From positions 2,263 to 66,262 of the forward strand of contig DATLHA010000109.1 in the NCBI GenBank assembly GCA_035540095.1: 64,000 nt of DNA. The letters run 5' to 3'. The translations under genes and the position numbers were made by a program. Shown piece after piece: positions 44,039 through 53,388 of the stretch (within the stretch, counting starts at the first letter, position 1; each line of letters opens with the position of its first letter). The stretch comes from Acidimicrobiales bacterium. Its GTDB lineage: Bacteria; Actinomycetota; Acidimicrobiia; Acidimicrobiales; AC-14. Below the pieces are notes generated by a model. It was not told where the DNA came from. It ran no database searches and was given only the letters and a program-made list of their open reading frames with translations.

Positions 44039-46594
44039 TCAGTGGCTGGCGATGGCGGCCAGGATGTCGAGCCTGGCCGCCCGGCGGGCCGGCCCGACTG
44101 CGGCCAGCACCCCCGCCACCGAGGCCAGGGCCACGATCACCGTGAGCTGCACCGGCGGCACGACCAGGGGGATCGGCCGGTCGCCCGGGATGGCGCTGAT
44201 GATGCCCCATGCGCCGGCGACGGCCAGGGCGAAGCCCAGGACGGTCCCCATCAGGGCGATCATCACCGACTCCCACCGGATGGCGCGGCGGACCTGCGGC
44301 CGGGTCATCCCGACGGCCCGCAACAGGCCCAGCTCCCGGCGGCGCTCGTGCACCGACAGGGCGAGGGTGTTGGCGATGCCGATGAGGGCGATCACGATCG
44401 CCAGCCCCAGCAGCCCGTACATCAGGTTCAGGATGACGTCGATCTGGCTGGCCACGCTCGCCTCGAACGCGCTCCGGTCCTGGAGCTCGCCGTTGGGCCA
44501 GCGGGTCAGGGCGGTCTCCAGGGCGGCCTCGGCCTGGGTCGGCCTGACCCCGTCGGCCACCTTCACGTACACCTGACGGTCGAACTGGTCGGTGACGTTG
44601 GCACGGTAGGTGTCGAGGCCCACCACGTAGACCACCCCGTCGAAGCCCGGCGGCGGCCGGTCGATGAGGGCCCTGACGGTGAGCTCGACGGGACCGGTCC
44701 GGGCGAAGGTCACCGTGAGGGTGTCGCCCAGCTTCACCCCGTTGTCCTTGGCCTTGCGGTCCTCGACGGCGACCGACGCTCCGGAGAGATCCGCCAGCCT
44801 GCCCGCCGTCACGCCGAGGTCGGCCACCCGCCCGATGGTCCCGATGTCTATCGCGGCCACCTCAGAGGACGCGCCACCCACTTCGACGGCAGTCGACCGG
44901 GCAGGCGACACGGTCGCCACCTCGGGCAGGGTCGCCAGGTCGGCCTCGATCTCCGGGCTGAGGCCACCGCCGCCCAGCGACCCGGAGGCGACCACGTAGT
45001 CCGCCTGCAGCGACTCGGAGAGCGTGTCGGAGATCGACGCCTTGAACGAGGACGCCAGGATGGTGATCGCGCCGACCAGGGTGACGCCGATCATCAGGGC
45101 GGACGCCGTGGCCGACGTGCGCTTGGGGTTCCGCTTGACGTTCTCCCGCGCCAGCCGCCCGGTCATCCCGCCCATGGCCTCGACGGGCGTCCCCAGCACG
45201 TGCATGAGCGGCCTGGCGATGACCGGGCCGAGGACGAAGACGCCGATGATCGTCGCCACCGTGCCCAGCCCGATGAGAGCGAGCTCCGAACCGACGCCCA
45301 GGACGCCTGCGGTGAACGCTGCAGCCCCCGCGGCCAGGACGGCCCCGCCGGCGCCGATCCGGGCCATGGAGGAGCCGGACACGTCGATGGCCACGTCGCG
45401 AAGGGCGGCGATCGGCCTCACCCGGCTGGACCGCACGGCCGGCAACAGGGCCGAGATGACGGTGATGGCGGTGCCGACCAGGAAGGCGGTGATCACCGTC
45501 GACGGAGCGATCACGATGGAGCCGCTCGGGACTTCCAGGCCCACGGCACTGAGCAGGGCCCGCAGGCCGAATGACATGCCCACGCCCACGCCCAGGCCGA
45601 CGGCGGAGGCGACTGCACCCACGGCGACGGACTCGAGCACCACCGACCGCACGACCTGGGCCCGGCTGGCGCCGACGGCCCGGAGCATGGCCATGTCCCG
45701 CCCGCGCTGGGCGACCACGATGGAGAAGGTGTTGTAGATGATGAACATCCCGACGAACAGGGCGATGCAGGCGAAGGCCAGCAGGAAGGTGCTGAAGAAC
45801 CCGAGGTCCTTCTTGAGGTCGGCCTTGCTGGTGGCCGTGTCGGCCGCGCCGGTGACGACCTCGAAGCTGCCTGTGCTCCCGAGGTCTGCGGCAATGCGGC
45901 TGGCGAGGACGTCGTCGGACACGCTCCCGTCCGAGGCGACGAGCACCCGGTCGTAGGCGCCGCGCTCGGCGAACAGCTCCTGGGCGGTGGCGTCGTCCAC
46001 CGCCACCAGGGTCATGCCCGGCAGACCGCCGGCGCCGCCGTAGGTGGCGGTACCCACCAGCTTGAGCTGGCGGGGGGTGCCCTTGCCCAGCACGGTGACG
46101 GTGTCGCCGAGCGCATGGCCGTCGCTCTTGAGCGTGGACTGGTCGATGACGGCCTCGTCGCGGGCCCGGGGTGCATGGCCGGTGGCGATGGAGAAGGGGT
46201 TCAGCCGGTCGTCCTCCAGCCAGTTGGCGCCCATGACGCCGCCAAAGGCGGTGCCGGCCTTCGCCTTGCCGTCGGGACCGACCAGCGCGGCCTGGCCCTC
46301 GATCGAGCCGGCGGCGACGTCGACCCCGTCGATGGCGCGGATCCGGTTGAGGGTGGCGGAGTCGACTCGCTCGCGCACGTCCACGTCGAAGGTGCTCTCC
46401 ACCTTCGCCGCCCGCCGTACGACGACGTCGACCCCTTCGTTGGCGTCCTCGAAGATGCCGTCGAAGGTCCTGCCCATGGTGTCGGTGAGTATCTGGGTGC
46501 CGGACATGAAGGCCACGCCGAGGACGACGGCCAGGCCGGTGAGGGCGAAGCGCAGCTTGTGGGCCCACAGGCCCTTCCAGGTGAGACGGAACAT
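44039..46594 (-). CDS. ABC transporter permease, duplicated FtsX/MacB-type
   Basis: ORF track 851 aa: MFRLTWKGLWAHKLRFALTGLAVVLGVAFMSG..., two FtsX-like 4-TM modules with large extracytoplasmic loops. Confidence 0.85.
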   Translation of the reverse strand: MFRLTWKGLWAHKLRFALTGLAVVLGVAFMSGTQILTDTMGRTFDGIFEDANEGVDVVVRRAAKVESTFDVDVRERVDSATLNRIRAIDGVDVAAGSIEGQAALVGPDGKAKAGTAFGGVMGANWLEDDRLNPFSIATGHAPRARDEAVIDQSTLKSDGHALGDTVTVLGKGTPRQLKLVGTATYGGAGGLPGMTLVAVDDATAQELFAERGAYDRVLVASDGSVSDDVLASRIAADLGSTGSFEVVTGAADTATSKADLKKDLGFFSTFLLAFACIALFVGMFIIYNTFSIVVAQRGRDMAMLRAVGASRAQVVRSVVLESVAVGAVASAVGLGVGVGMSFGLRALLSAVGLEVPSGSIVIAPSTVITAFLVGTAITVISALLPAVRSSRVRPIAALRDVAIDVSGSSMARIGAGGAVLAAGAAAFTAGVLGVGSELALIGLGTVATIIGVFVLGPVIARPLMHVLGTPVEAMGGMTGRLARENVKRNPKRTSATASALMIGVTLVGAITILASSFKASISDTLSESLQADYVVASGSLGGGGLSPEIEADLATLPEVATVSPARSTAVEVGGASSEVAAIDIGTIGRVADLGVTAGRLADLSGASVAVEDRKAKDNGVKLGDTLTVTFARTGPVELTVRALIDRPPPGFDGVVYVVGLDTYRANVTDQFDRQVYVKVADGVRPTQAEAALETALTRWPNGELQDRSAFEASVASQIDVILNLMYGLLGLAIVIALIGIANTLALSVHERRRELGLLRAVGMTRPQVRRAIRWESVMIALMGTVLGFALAVAGAWGIISAIPGDRPIPLVVPPVQLTVIVALASVAGVLAAVGPARRAARLDILAAIASH

Positions 46595-46598
46595 GGCC

Positions 46599-47372
46599 CT
46601 ACCTCCCGAAGGTCTTCATGCGGTCGAGGACGGCCTCGGCGGTCGGCTGCCGGATCTCGTCGACGATGCGCCCGTCGGCGAGGAACACCACCCGGTCGGC
46701 GTAGCTGGCCGCGCCCGGGTCGTGGGTGACCATGACGATCGTCTGGCCCAGCTCCCGTACGGCGCGCTGCATGAAGTCGAGGATCTCTGCACCGGAGCGG
46801 CTGTCCAGGTTGCCGGTCGGCTCGTCGGCGAAGATGATCGCCGGCCGCCCGGCCAGGGCCCGTCCGACGGCCACCCGCTGCTGCTGGCCGCCGGACAGCT
46901 CGGTGGGCCGGTGGTCGAGCCGGTCGCGCAGGCCGATGGTGTCGACCACCTGGTCGAGCCAGCCCTGATCGGGCCGGCGCCCCGCGAGGTCCGTGGGGAG
47001 GGTGATGTTCTCCAGGGCGGTCAGCGTCGGCACCAGGTTGTAGGCCTGGAAGACGAAGCCCACCCGGTCCCGCCGCAGCAACGTGAGGTGCTTGTCGTTG
47101 AGCGTGGTCAGGTCGACGTCGCCGATGAACACCTGACCGGTGGAGAGCTCGTCGAGCCCGGCCAGGCAGTGCATCAGGGTCGACTTGCCGGAGCCGGAGG
47201 GGCCCATGATGGCGGTGAAGGCGCCGGCGGCGAAGTCGACGTCGACCCGGTTCAGGGCGATCACCGCCCCGTCGCCCTTGCCATAGGTCTTGGTGGCGGC
47301 GACGGCCCGTGCCGCCACCGTGGGCCCGGCGGCGGACGGTGCCGGGCCGGGAACGTTCCGTACGAGTGTCAT
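46599..47372 (-). CDS. ABC transporter ATP-binding protein (MacB/LolD-type)
   Basis: ORF 46599..47654(-) trimmed to ATG 47372, with GAAGAGGA SD upstream. [46 protein letters not shown]; 257 aa. Confidence 0.88.
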   Translation of the reverse strand: MTLVRNVPGPAPSAAGPTVAARAVAATKTYGKGDGAVIALNRVDVDFAAGAFTAIMGPSGSGKSTLMHCLAGLDELSTGQVFIGDVDLTTLNDKHLTLLRRDRVGFVFQAYNLVPTLTALENITLPTDLAGRRPDQGWLDQVVDTIGLRDRLDHRPTELSGGQQQRVAVGRALAGRPAIIFADEPTGNLDSRSGAEILDFMQRAVRELGQTIVMVTHDPGAASYADRVVFLADGRIVDEIRQPTAEAVLDRMKTFGR

Positions 47373-47389
47373 GGTGATCGAAGTCCTCT

Positions 47390-48397
47390 TCACTTGGTGT
47401 TCGCGGCTGTGGCGCTGATGGTGACGGCGACCTTGCCTCGGGCGTGGCCCGTTTCGACATGCCGGATCGCGTCGTGGATGTGGGTGAGCGGATAGGTCCG
47501 GTCGATCAACGGGGCGACCGTGCCGGCCTCGACGAGGGAGCGGATGAAGTCGAGGTCCTGACGGTTCGGCTGCACCGTGAAGCTGGTGATCCTCTGGCTC
47601 ACCAGCGCCGAGAGCAGGCGCCCCGTGGTGATGCGACCGAGGGGACCGACCCAACGGTTGGGGGAGTCACCGCTGATCTGCACGAGCGTGCCGTCCGCCG
47701 TCAGCGCCCGGCGGCACGCCCGGGCCGAGTGTGAGCCGGCGGCCTGGAGGATGAGGTCGTAGCGCCGGCTGCCTCGAGTGAAGTCGGCCTCGGTGTAGTC
47801 GATGACATGGTCGGCGCCGAGGCCTCGAACCATGTCCCCGTTCCTCGTGCTGCAGACGCCGGTGACCTCGGCCCCGAGCGCCTTGGCGATCTGGACGGCG
47901 AACGTCCCGACACCTCCCGACGCGCCGACGACCAGGACGCGCTGGCCGGCGTCGATCCGCCCGTGATCGCGGAGGCCTTGCAGGGCCGTGCACGCGGCGA
48001 GCGGCACCGCAGCTGCCTGCGCGAAGGTGAGGTTCGACGGCTTGCGCGCCACCAGGCGCTCGGGGACCGACACCTGCTCGGCGAAGGTGCCGAACCCGTG
48101 CATGAACGAGGTGGCGAACACCTCGTCGCCCGGGCGGAGGGCGGTCACGCTGCCACCCACCGATTCGACGCGGCCGGCGATGTCGCAGCCGGGGACACTG
48201 AAGCTCGGCCTGCGCAGCCCCGTCTGCAGGCGGGCGATGGAGGGGGTGCCCCGGACGAGATGCCAGTCGGCCGGGTTGACCGAAGTGGCGTGGACACGGA
48301 CCAGCACGTCGTCGTCGGCGACGGCGGGCTCGTCGACCTCGGCGAGCTGCAAGACGTCCTCGGGCGGTCCGTAGCCGAGGCAAGCGACTGCTCTCAT
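47390..48397 (-). CDS. NADPH:quinone oxidoreductase / MDR-family zinc-type dehydrogenase
   Basis: ORF track 335 aa: VRVHATSVNPADWHL..., VLVVGASGGVGTFAVQIAKALGA Rossmann motif. ATG overlaps the upstream stop (ATGA). Confidence 0.85.
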   Translation of the reverse strand: MRAVACLGYGPPEDVLQLAEVDEPAVADDDVLVRVHATSVNPADWHLVRGTPSIARLQTGLRRPSFSVPGCDIAGRVESVGGSVTALRPGDEVFATSFMHGFGTFAEQVSVPERLVARKPSNLTFAQAAAVPLAACTALQGLRDHGRIDAGQRVLVVGASGGVGTFAVQIAKALGAEVTGVCSTRNGDMVRGLGADHVIDYTEADFTRGSRRYDLILQAAGSHSARACRRALTADGTLVQISGDSPNRWVGPLGRITTGRLLSALVSQRITSFTVQPNRQDLDFIRSLVEAGTVAPLIDRTYPLTHIHDAIRHVETGHARGKVAVTISATAANTK

Positions 48398-48645
48398 CTG
48401 ATCTCCTTCGTGTGGCCTTCGATCTGGGTGAGCGAGATCAGGGGGACCCCGACGTCGCGGAGCTTCTGCAGCAGGCCGTGCAGCGCGGCTTGGTCGACGA
48501 CGGGCCCCTCGATCGTGGTGGTGCCGTCGCTTTCAGTGGTGAGGCTCATCCCTTCGAACCAGATCACCCAACGAGCCGCGAGGTGTCCCTTGACCCGGAT
48601 CACGTACTGCGGCGAGGCGCTCTTTGTGTTGTCCTCTGCCTGCAT
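48394..48645 (-). CDS. small conserved hypothetical protein (83 aa)
   Basis: ORF 48394..48711(-) trimmed to ATG 48645: MQAEDNTKSASPQYVIRVKGHLAARWVIWFEGMSLTTESDGTTTIEGPVVDQAALHGLLQKLRDVGVPLISL. Pattern recurs in actinobacterial small proteins next to LuxR regulators (from memory). Confidence 0.55.
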   Translation of the reverse strand: MQAEDNTKSASPQYVIRVKGHLAARWVIWFEGMSLTTESDGTTTIEGPVVDQAALHGLLQKLRDVGVPLISLTQIEGHTKEIR

Positions 48646-48681
48646 CGAGCCAGCCCTTGCTTGTCGTCCCTGTCGGTGGTT

Positions 48682-48700
48682 GCAAGGTATGAAGCAAGGT
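48682..48700. repeat. direct repeat GCAAGGT-N5-GCAAGGT
   Basis: gcaaggt at 48682-48688 and 48694-48700 (12-nt period), upstream of the 48645 start. Function unknown. Confidence 0.5.
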
Positions 48701-48711
48701 GGTGAGCGCAC

Positions 48712-48729
48712 ATCACCACACGTGGTGAT
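48712..48729. promoter_or_regulatory. 18-bp near-perfect palindrome ATCACCAC-AC-GTGGTGAT (candidate operator)
   Basis: 16 of 18 positions are self-complementary. Lies in the 96-bp gap between the MalT-like LuxR gene and the small-protein/qor operon. A third GGTGAT copy sits at 48737-48742. Confidence 0.45.
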
Positions 48730-48741
48730 TGACGCTGGTGA

Positions 48742-51415
48742 TTAGAGGTCGAGCTCCTCGGCACGGCGGACCGCCGCCCTCCGGCTGGTCACGCCGAGCT
48801 TGGCGTAGATGTGCTTGGTGTGGGTCCGAAGGGTGTTCAGCGACACCGTCAGCTCCCGCGCGATCTCGGGGCCGCCCAGCTCGGATCGCAGCAGGCGGAG
48901 CACGTCCAGCTCCCGGTCGCTCAGCGCCTCGATCAGGCCCGTCTGCTGGAGCACGCCGTTCGGCCCGCTGGATGCCAGGAGCCGGCGGGCATAGTCGTGG
49001 GCTGCCGCCTGGCGCAGCAGGGCTGCCATGGGCGGGCCCTCGTCGAGGAAGAGCCGGACGTACTCCTCCGGTTCGGCCATCGTCAGCGCCTCCCCGAGGG
49101 TCGCCAGCGCAGTCGCCCGGTCGCCCCCGGCCTGCTGGGCGAGCGCCTGCAGCACGAGGATCTCGATGACGCTCCCGGTGCGGTGGCCGGCCCGCGCTCC
49201 GGCCAGCAGCCGCTCCAGAAGTCGAGCAGCGCCCCCATCCCGCTGAGCCATCAGCGCCCGGGCCAGGGTGATGTGCTCGTACTCGCGCACGTAGGTCAGC
49301 TCGTCGTCGGCCGAGAGCTGCCGTTCCGCCGCCCATCGGAGCGCCTCGGCAACTCGCGCCTGGGCCAGGTACACCCGGGCCCGCACGGCCGGGACCGGCC
49401 GCAGCTCGGGCGAGAAGTCGGTGTTGTAGACCGGCTCCGCCTCGTCGAGCAGCTCGACGGCGCCGGCGAGGTCGCCTTCGGCCCGCCTGATCAGGCACCC
49501 GCCATCGGTACGCGTTCTGGGGGAACTCGGCGTGCTCGCCCAGCTCCCGGCTCGTCGCCAGGTGCCGGCGGGCGCCGTCGAGGTCGTTGCGCTGGAGGAG
49601 CAGCTCGCTCATGCCGACGTGGAGGTCGGCCACCCCCCGCACGATCGGCGGCACGTGCTCGCGCGCCCGGCGCAGGCCTTGCTCGTAGGTGCGCATCGCG
49701 TCATGGAGGCGCCCCTGCGCGATGCGGAGGTCGGCCAGAGTGATGGCGCCGGCGATCTGATCTGCGTAGTAGCCGGCCCTCTCCAGGCTGGCCATGCCCT
49801 CGGCGTACCAGCGGTGGGCGGCGTCGAGGTCGCCGTTCGACCAGTGCGCCAGCCCGAGGAGCGAGGCTCCTGCGCCCCGCTCGAGAACGTCCTCCTCGCC
49901 GACGAGCTCGAGCACCCGGCGGGCGTGGGCCATCGTGCCGGCCACGTCGCCGTGCAGCCGGGCCAGCGCGGCCCGGTACATGGCGATGGTGCTCGGCAGC
50001 ACGCGGAGCTCCGCTTCGTCCATGACCACCATCGACGCCGCTTCGGCCTCCGGTGCGTCGAGCCACCGCTCGGCCGCGCTCAGGAGCTGTTCCACGCCGG
50101 CGAGGTCGCCGGTGGACATGCGCGCTCCCACCAGGCTGGCGGCCAGCACCGGCCTCCTCTCGAAGATCTCGGCCGGGAGCGCCTCGAGCCAGCGGCGCAG
50201 GGTGGCCTCCTGGCGCGCCTGGCGCATGGCGGGGACGGCCAGCTCGACGAGGTCCGCGGCCCGCTCGAAGTCGTGGGCCGCCATGGCGTGGCGGATCGCT
50301 TCCGGTCGCTCGCCGTGCAGCTCGAACCAGTCGGCGGCCCGCCGGTGGAGCGCCCCGACGTCCTGGGGTCGCTCCTCCGCCAGCCGCGCTCGCAGCACGT
50401 CACGGAAGAGGTGGTGGTAGCGGTACCAGTGCCGGCGGTCGTCGAGCGGTACGAGGAACAGGTTCGCCTGCTCGAGCGACTGCAGCATGGCCTGCCCGCC
50501 GTACTGGCCGGTCAGCGTGTCGCACAGTGCGCCGGTCAGTCGGGCGAGGACCGAGGTCTGCAGCAGGAAATCCCGGACCTCCTGGGATTGTCGCTGCAGG
50601 ACCTCTCCGACCAGGTAGTCGACGATGTAGCGGTCGTCGCCGGCGAACCCGGCGATGAACTCGGCCGCGTCGTCGCGACCCTGCATCGACAGCGCCGCCA
50701 GCTGCAGGGCGGCGATCCACCCCTCGGCTCGCCCGTCGAGCGCGACCACGTCCTCGGTTGTCAGGTCGAGCCCCATCACCCCGTTGAGGTAGGCGGCGGC
50801 CTCCTCCGGCGTGAAGCGGAGGTCGGCGGCGCGGACCTCGACCAGCTCGCCCCCGGCCCGTAACCGGGCCAGTGGGAGGGCGGGGTCGGCGCGGCTGGCG
50901 ATGACCAGGTGGGCCTGCGGCGGCAGGTGCTCGATGAGGAACGTCATCGACTGGTGGACCTCCTGGGCCTCGATGACGTGATAGTCGTCCAGCACCAGGA
51001 CGATGTCGTGCTCGAGGGAGTCCAGGTCGTTGAGGAGCGAACCGAGGACGGCCTCCAGCGGCGACTGCGCCGACTCCAGGAGCGCGCGGGCGCCGGCGCC
51101 CACGTCGGGCGCCGCCGTCTGCAGGGCGGCGATCAGGTATCTCCAGAACAGGCGGGGATCGTTGTCGCGCTGGTCGAGCGACAGCCATGCCGTCGCGTAT
51201 CCCCCGGTCGGAGGGTTGGCCACCCACTCGGTCACGAGCGTGGACTTGCCGAAACCGGCCGGCGCCGACACGAGCGTCAACGTCGTTTGCGGGACGAGGT
51301 CCAGGCGCTCCCGCAGCCGGGGCCGCTCGACCACGCCACGTCGCCGCCTCGGGACGTGGAACTTGGTCTGCAGCAGCGGGCTCGTCACCCCGGCGCGTCG
51401 CTCCTCCCCCGGCAT
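48742..51415 (-). pseudogene. MalT-like LuxR-family regulator interrupted by a frame break near 49495
   Basis: The N-terminal frame (ORF 48713..51547) is good through ...GEHAEFPQNAYRWRV and is then Arg/Pro/Gly junk. Own translation of the next frame continues LIRRAEGDLAGAVELLDEAEPVYNTDFSPELRPVPAVRARVYLAQ... into ORF 48742..49386, which ends in the LuxR HTH LSDRELDVLRLLRSELGGPEIARELTVSLNTLRTHTKHIYAKLG. Span is 2674 nt (3n+1). Confidence 0.7.
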
Positions 51416-51702
51416 CACCCCATGGTGGCCCAGCCGCCCCGGCTCAGCGGTAGGCCGGGGCCTGGAGGGTGTAGAGCTCGGCGTACAGCCCGGACGGCCG
51501 CCGCCGGCCTGCCCGTCGCCCGCTCGCCGCTCGCTCCGTCGCACCACACGGCTCCGGGGATGGCGTGCCGAGAATGGAACCGCTGCGGGACGTCTCCGGC
51601 CCGTCGTCGACGGGGCCGTTCGCCGAGGGCCGTGTCGAGACGGGGACGAACCTCGGGTTGTCGGGACGCCTCCGGCATGTAGCCAGTACGTTTTGCTCGT
51701 CG

Positions 51703-52239
51703 ATGAGCACGGCGTACCACTTCTTCACCGAATGGCGCGTTACCGCGACCGTCGACGAGGTGAAGGCGGTGCTGAACGACGGCACGTCGCTGCGTCGGTG
51801 GTGGCCCTCGGTCTACCTCAGCGTCGAGGAGGTTGACCCGGGTGGGCCCGACGGTGTCGGGCGCACGCTCGACCTGCACACGAAGGGATGGCTCCCCTAC
51901 CTGCTGCGGTGGACGTTGTACGTCACCGAACCGGTGACCGACGAAGGGTTTGCCCTGTCGGCGACGGGCGACTTGGAGGGCACCGGTCGGTGGACCTTCG
52001 AGCCCCAAGGCCCCGAGGTGCGCATCACCTATGACTGGCAGGTGATGGCCTCCAAGCCGTTGCTGCGGCGTTTGAGCCGGGTGCTGCGGCCGGCGTTCTC
52101 CGCGAACCATCACTGGGCCATGAAGCGGGGTGAGGAGAGCCTCCAGCTCGAGCTCCGCCGCCGCCGGAACGAGGCGAACGTCCCGCCGGCCCCTCCGCCG
52201 ACGTTTCGGTGGATGCTGCGGATGCGAGGCATGAAATAG
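51703..52239 (+). CDS. SRPBCC (polyketide cyclase/START-like) family protein
   Basis: ORF 51565..52239 trimmed to ATG 51703: MSTAYHFFTEWRVTATVDEVKAVLNDGTSLRRWWPSVYL...GTGRWTFEPQGPEVRITYDWQV; 178 aa. An upstream alternative start is possible. Confidence 0.7.
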   Translation: MSTAYHFFTEWRVTATVDEVKAVLNDGTSLRRWWPSVYLSVEEVDPGGPDGVGRTLDLHTKGWLPYLLRWTLYVTEPVTDEGFALSATGDLEGTGRWTFEPQGPEVRITYDWQVMASKPLLRRLSRVLRPAFSANHHWAMKRGEESLQLELRRRRNEANVPPAPPPTFRWMLRMRGMK

Positions 52240-52280
52240 CAGCCGGACCGCGATCTACGTGCGGCATCGGAAAGGAGAAC

Positions 52281-52406
52281 ATGACGCCGGAGCCGATGGT
52301 CACAGGCGTGCTGTCGGGGTCGTCGCGCCGACGAACCGGGCGGGGCGGGCCGGCTACCGCGAGGTGCGAGCTGCACCTCCCCTTCCATCCCATCGCCGCG
52401 CCGTGA
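52281..52406 (+). CDS. candidate 41-aa ORF translationally coupled to the downstream membrane protein
   Basis: Below the ORF-track start choice. Strongest SD in the window (GGAAAGGAG, 5 nt) before ATG 52281. High GC3. Stop overlaps the next ATG (TGATG). Product MTPEPMVTGVLSGSSRRRTGRGGPATARCELHLPFHPIAAP is Arg/Gly-rich, so uncertain. Confidence 0.35.
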   Translation: MTPEPMVTGVLSGSSRRRTGRGGPATARCELHLPFHPIAAP

Positions 52407-53218
52407 TGGCCGATGACCGCATCCTGAAGGTGACGCGGGCGATCGCCATCGGGATCATCCCCATCCTCACCGCCGCCTTCGTGATTCTCTTCCTCTTCCC
52501 GAGCCGCACACCCGAGCTCTGGGCGTGGACGATCCAGTCGCGGATGATGGCGATGCTGATGGGCGGCGGTTACCTGGCCGGCGCCTACTACTTCTTCCGG
52601 GTGGCCAGGGGGCGCCGCTGGCACCGCATCGGCGTGGGCATCCCTGCCATAACGCTCTTCGCCGCCCTGCTCGGCGCGACGACGTTCCTCCACTGGGACC
52701 GGTTCAACCACGACCACATCTCGTTCTGGGCCTGGACCGCCCTCTACGTCACGACGCCGGTGCTCCTCCCATGGCTATGGGTCCGGAACCGGCGGTTCGA
52801 CCCGGGTACGCCCGAGCCGGGAGAACGGCTGGTGCCGGACGTCATCCGTTCGGTCATGGTGACCGTCGGCGCTCTTCAGCTGCTGCTGACGTTCGCCCTG
52901 TTCCTGCGCCCGAGCCTGTTCATAGACGAGTGGATGTGGCCGCTCACCCCGCTGACCGCCCGGACCCTCAGCGCCTTCGTGGGGTTCCCCGCAGTCGTCT
53001 ACCTCAGCTTCGCGCTGGATCGGCGGGCCAGCTCGTTTCGCATCCCGATCGAGTTGGTGACGGTCGGCCTGGCCATGATCGGCATCGCCTCCATCCGCGC
53101 CGCCGACGAGTTCCGGGGAAGCGACGTCCTGGTCTGGGGGTACAGGGCCGGGCTCCTCGTCACGCTGGCCCTCCTCATCACCCTGCGCTTGCGGGTGCTC
53201 GGCGAGCGGCCCGGCTGA
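52406..53218 (+). CDS. integral membrane protein, unknown function
   Basis: ORF 52259..53218 trimmed to ATG 52406: MADDRILKVTRAIAIGIIPILTAAFVILFLF... About 8 hydrophobic segments; 270 aa. Confidence 0.6.
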   Translation: MADDRILKVTRAIAIGIIPILTAAFVILFLFPSRTPELWAWTIQSRMMAMLMGGGYLAGAYYFFRVARGRRWHRIGVGIPAITLFAALLGATTFLHWDRFNHDHISFWAWTALYVTTPVLLPWLWVRNRRFDPGTPEPGERLVPDVIRSVMVTVGALQLLLTFALFLRPSLFIDEWMWPLTPLTARTLSAFVGFPAVVYLSFALDRRASSFRIPIELVTVGLAMIGIASIRAADEFRGSDVLVWGYRAGLLVTLALLITLRLRVLGERPG

Positions 53219-53225
53219 TCACAGC

Positions 53226-53255
53226 GCGGGCCCCGAACCGGCGACGACGGCCCGC
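53226..53255 (+). terminator. hairpin after membrane protein 52406..53218
   Basis: 7-bp stem GCGGGCC / GGCCCGC, 16-nt loop. Confidence 0.3.
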
Positions 53256-53388
53256 GGCCGCGAGATCCTGACGCCAGCGTGACCCTGCGCCGTAGAGGGC
53301 CGTAAGTGAGATGTATCCCTGTCCTGAGGGCACGCGCTCGAGCTGCGGCCGACGACCACCGGTCTCCTGCCGGCGCGAAACTACCGAT

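Noticed and set aside
51444-51500. A minus-strand reading frame ending RPSGLYAELYTLQAPAYR*, like the C-terminus of an ABC exporter ATPase.
   Set aside because: Only about 12 residues match. Upstream sequence in all three frames shows no ABC motifs. It is possibly a gene remnant, but too short to call.
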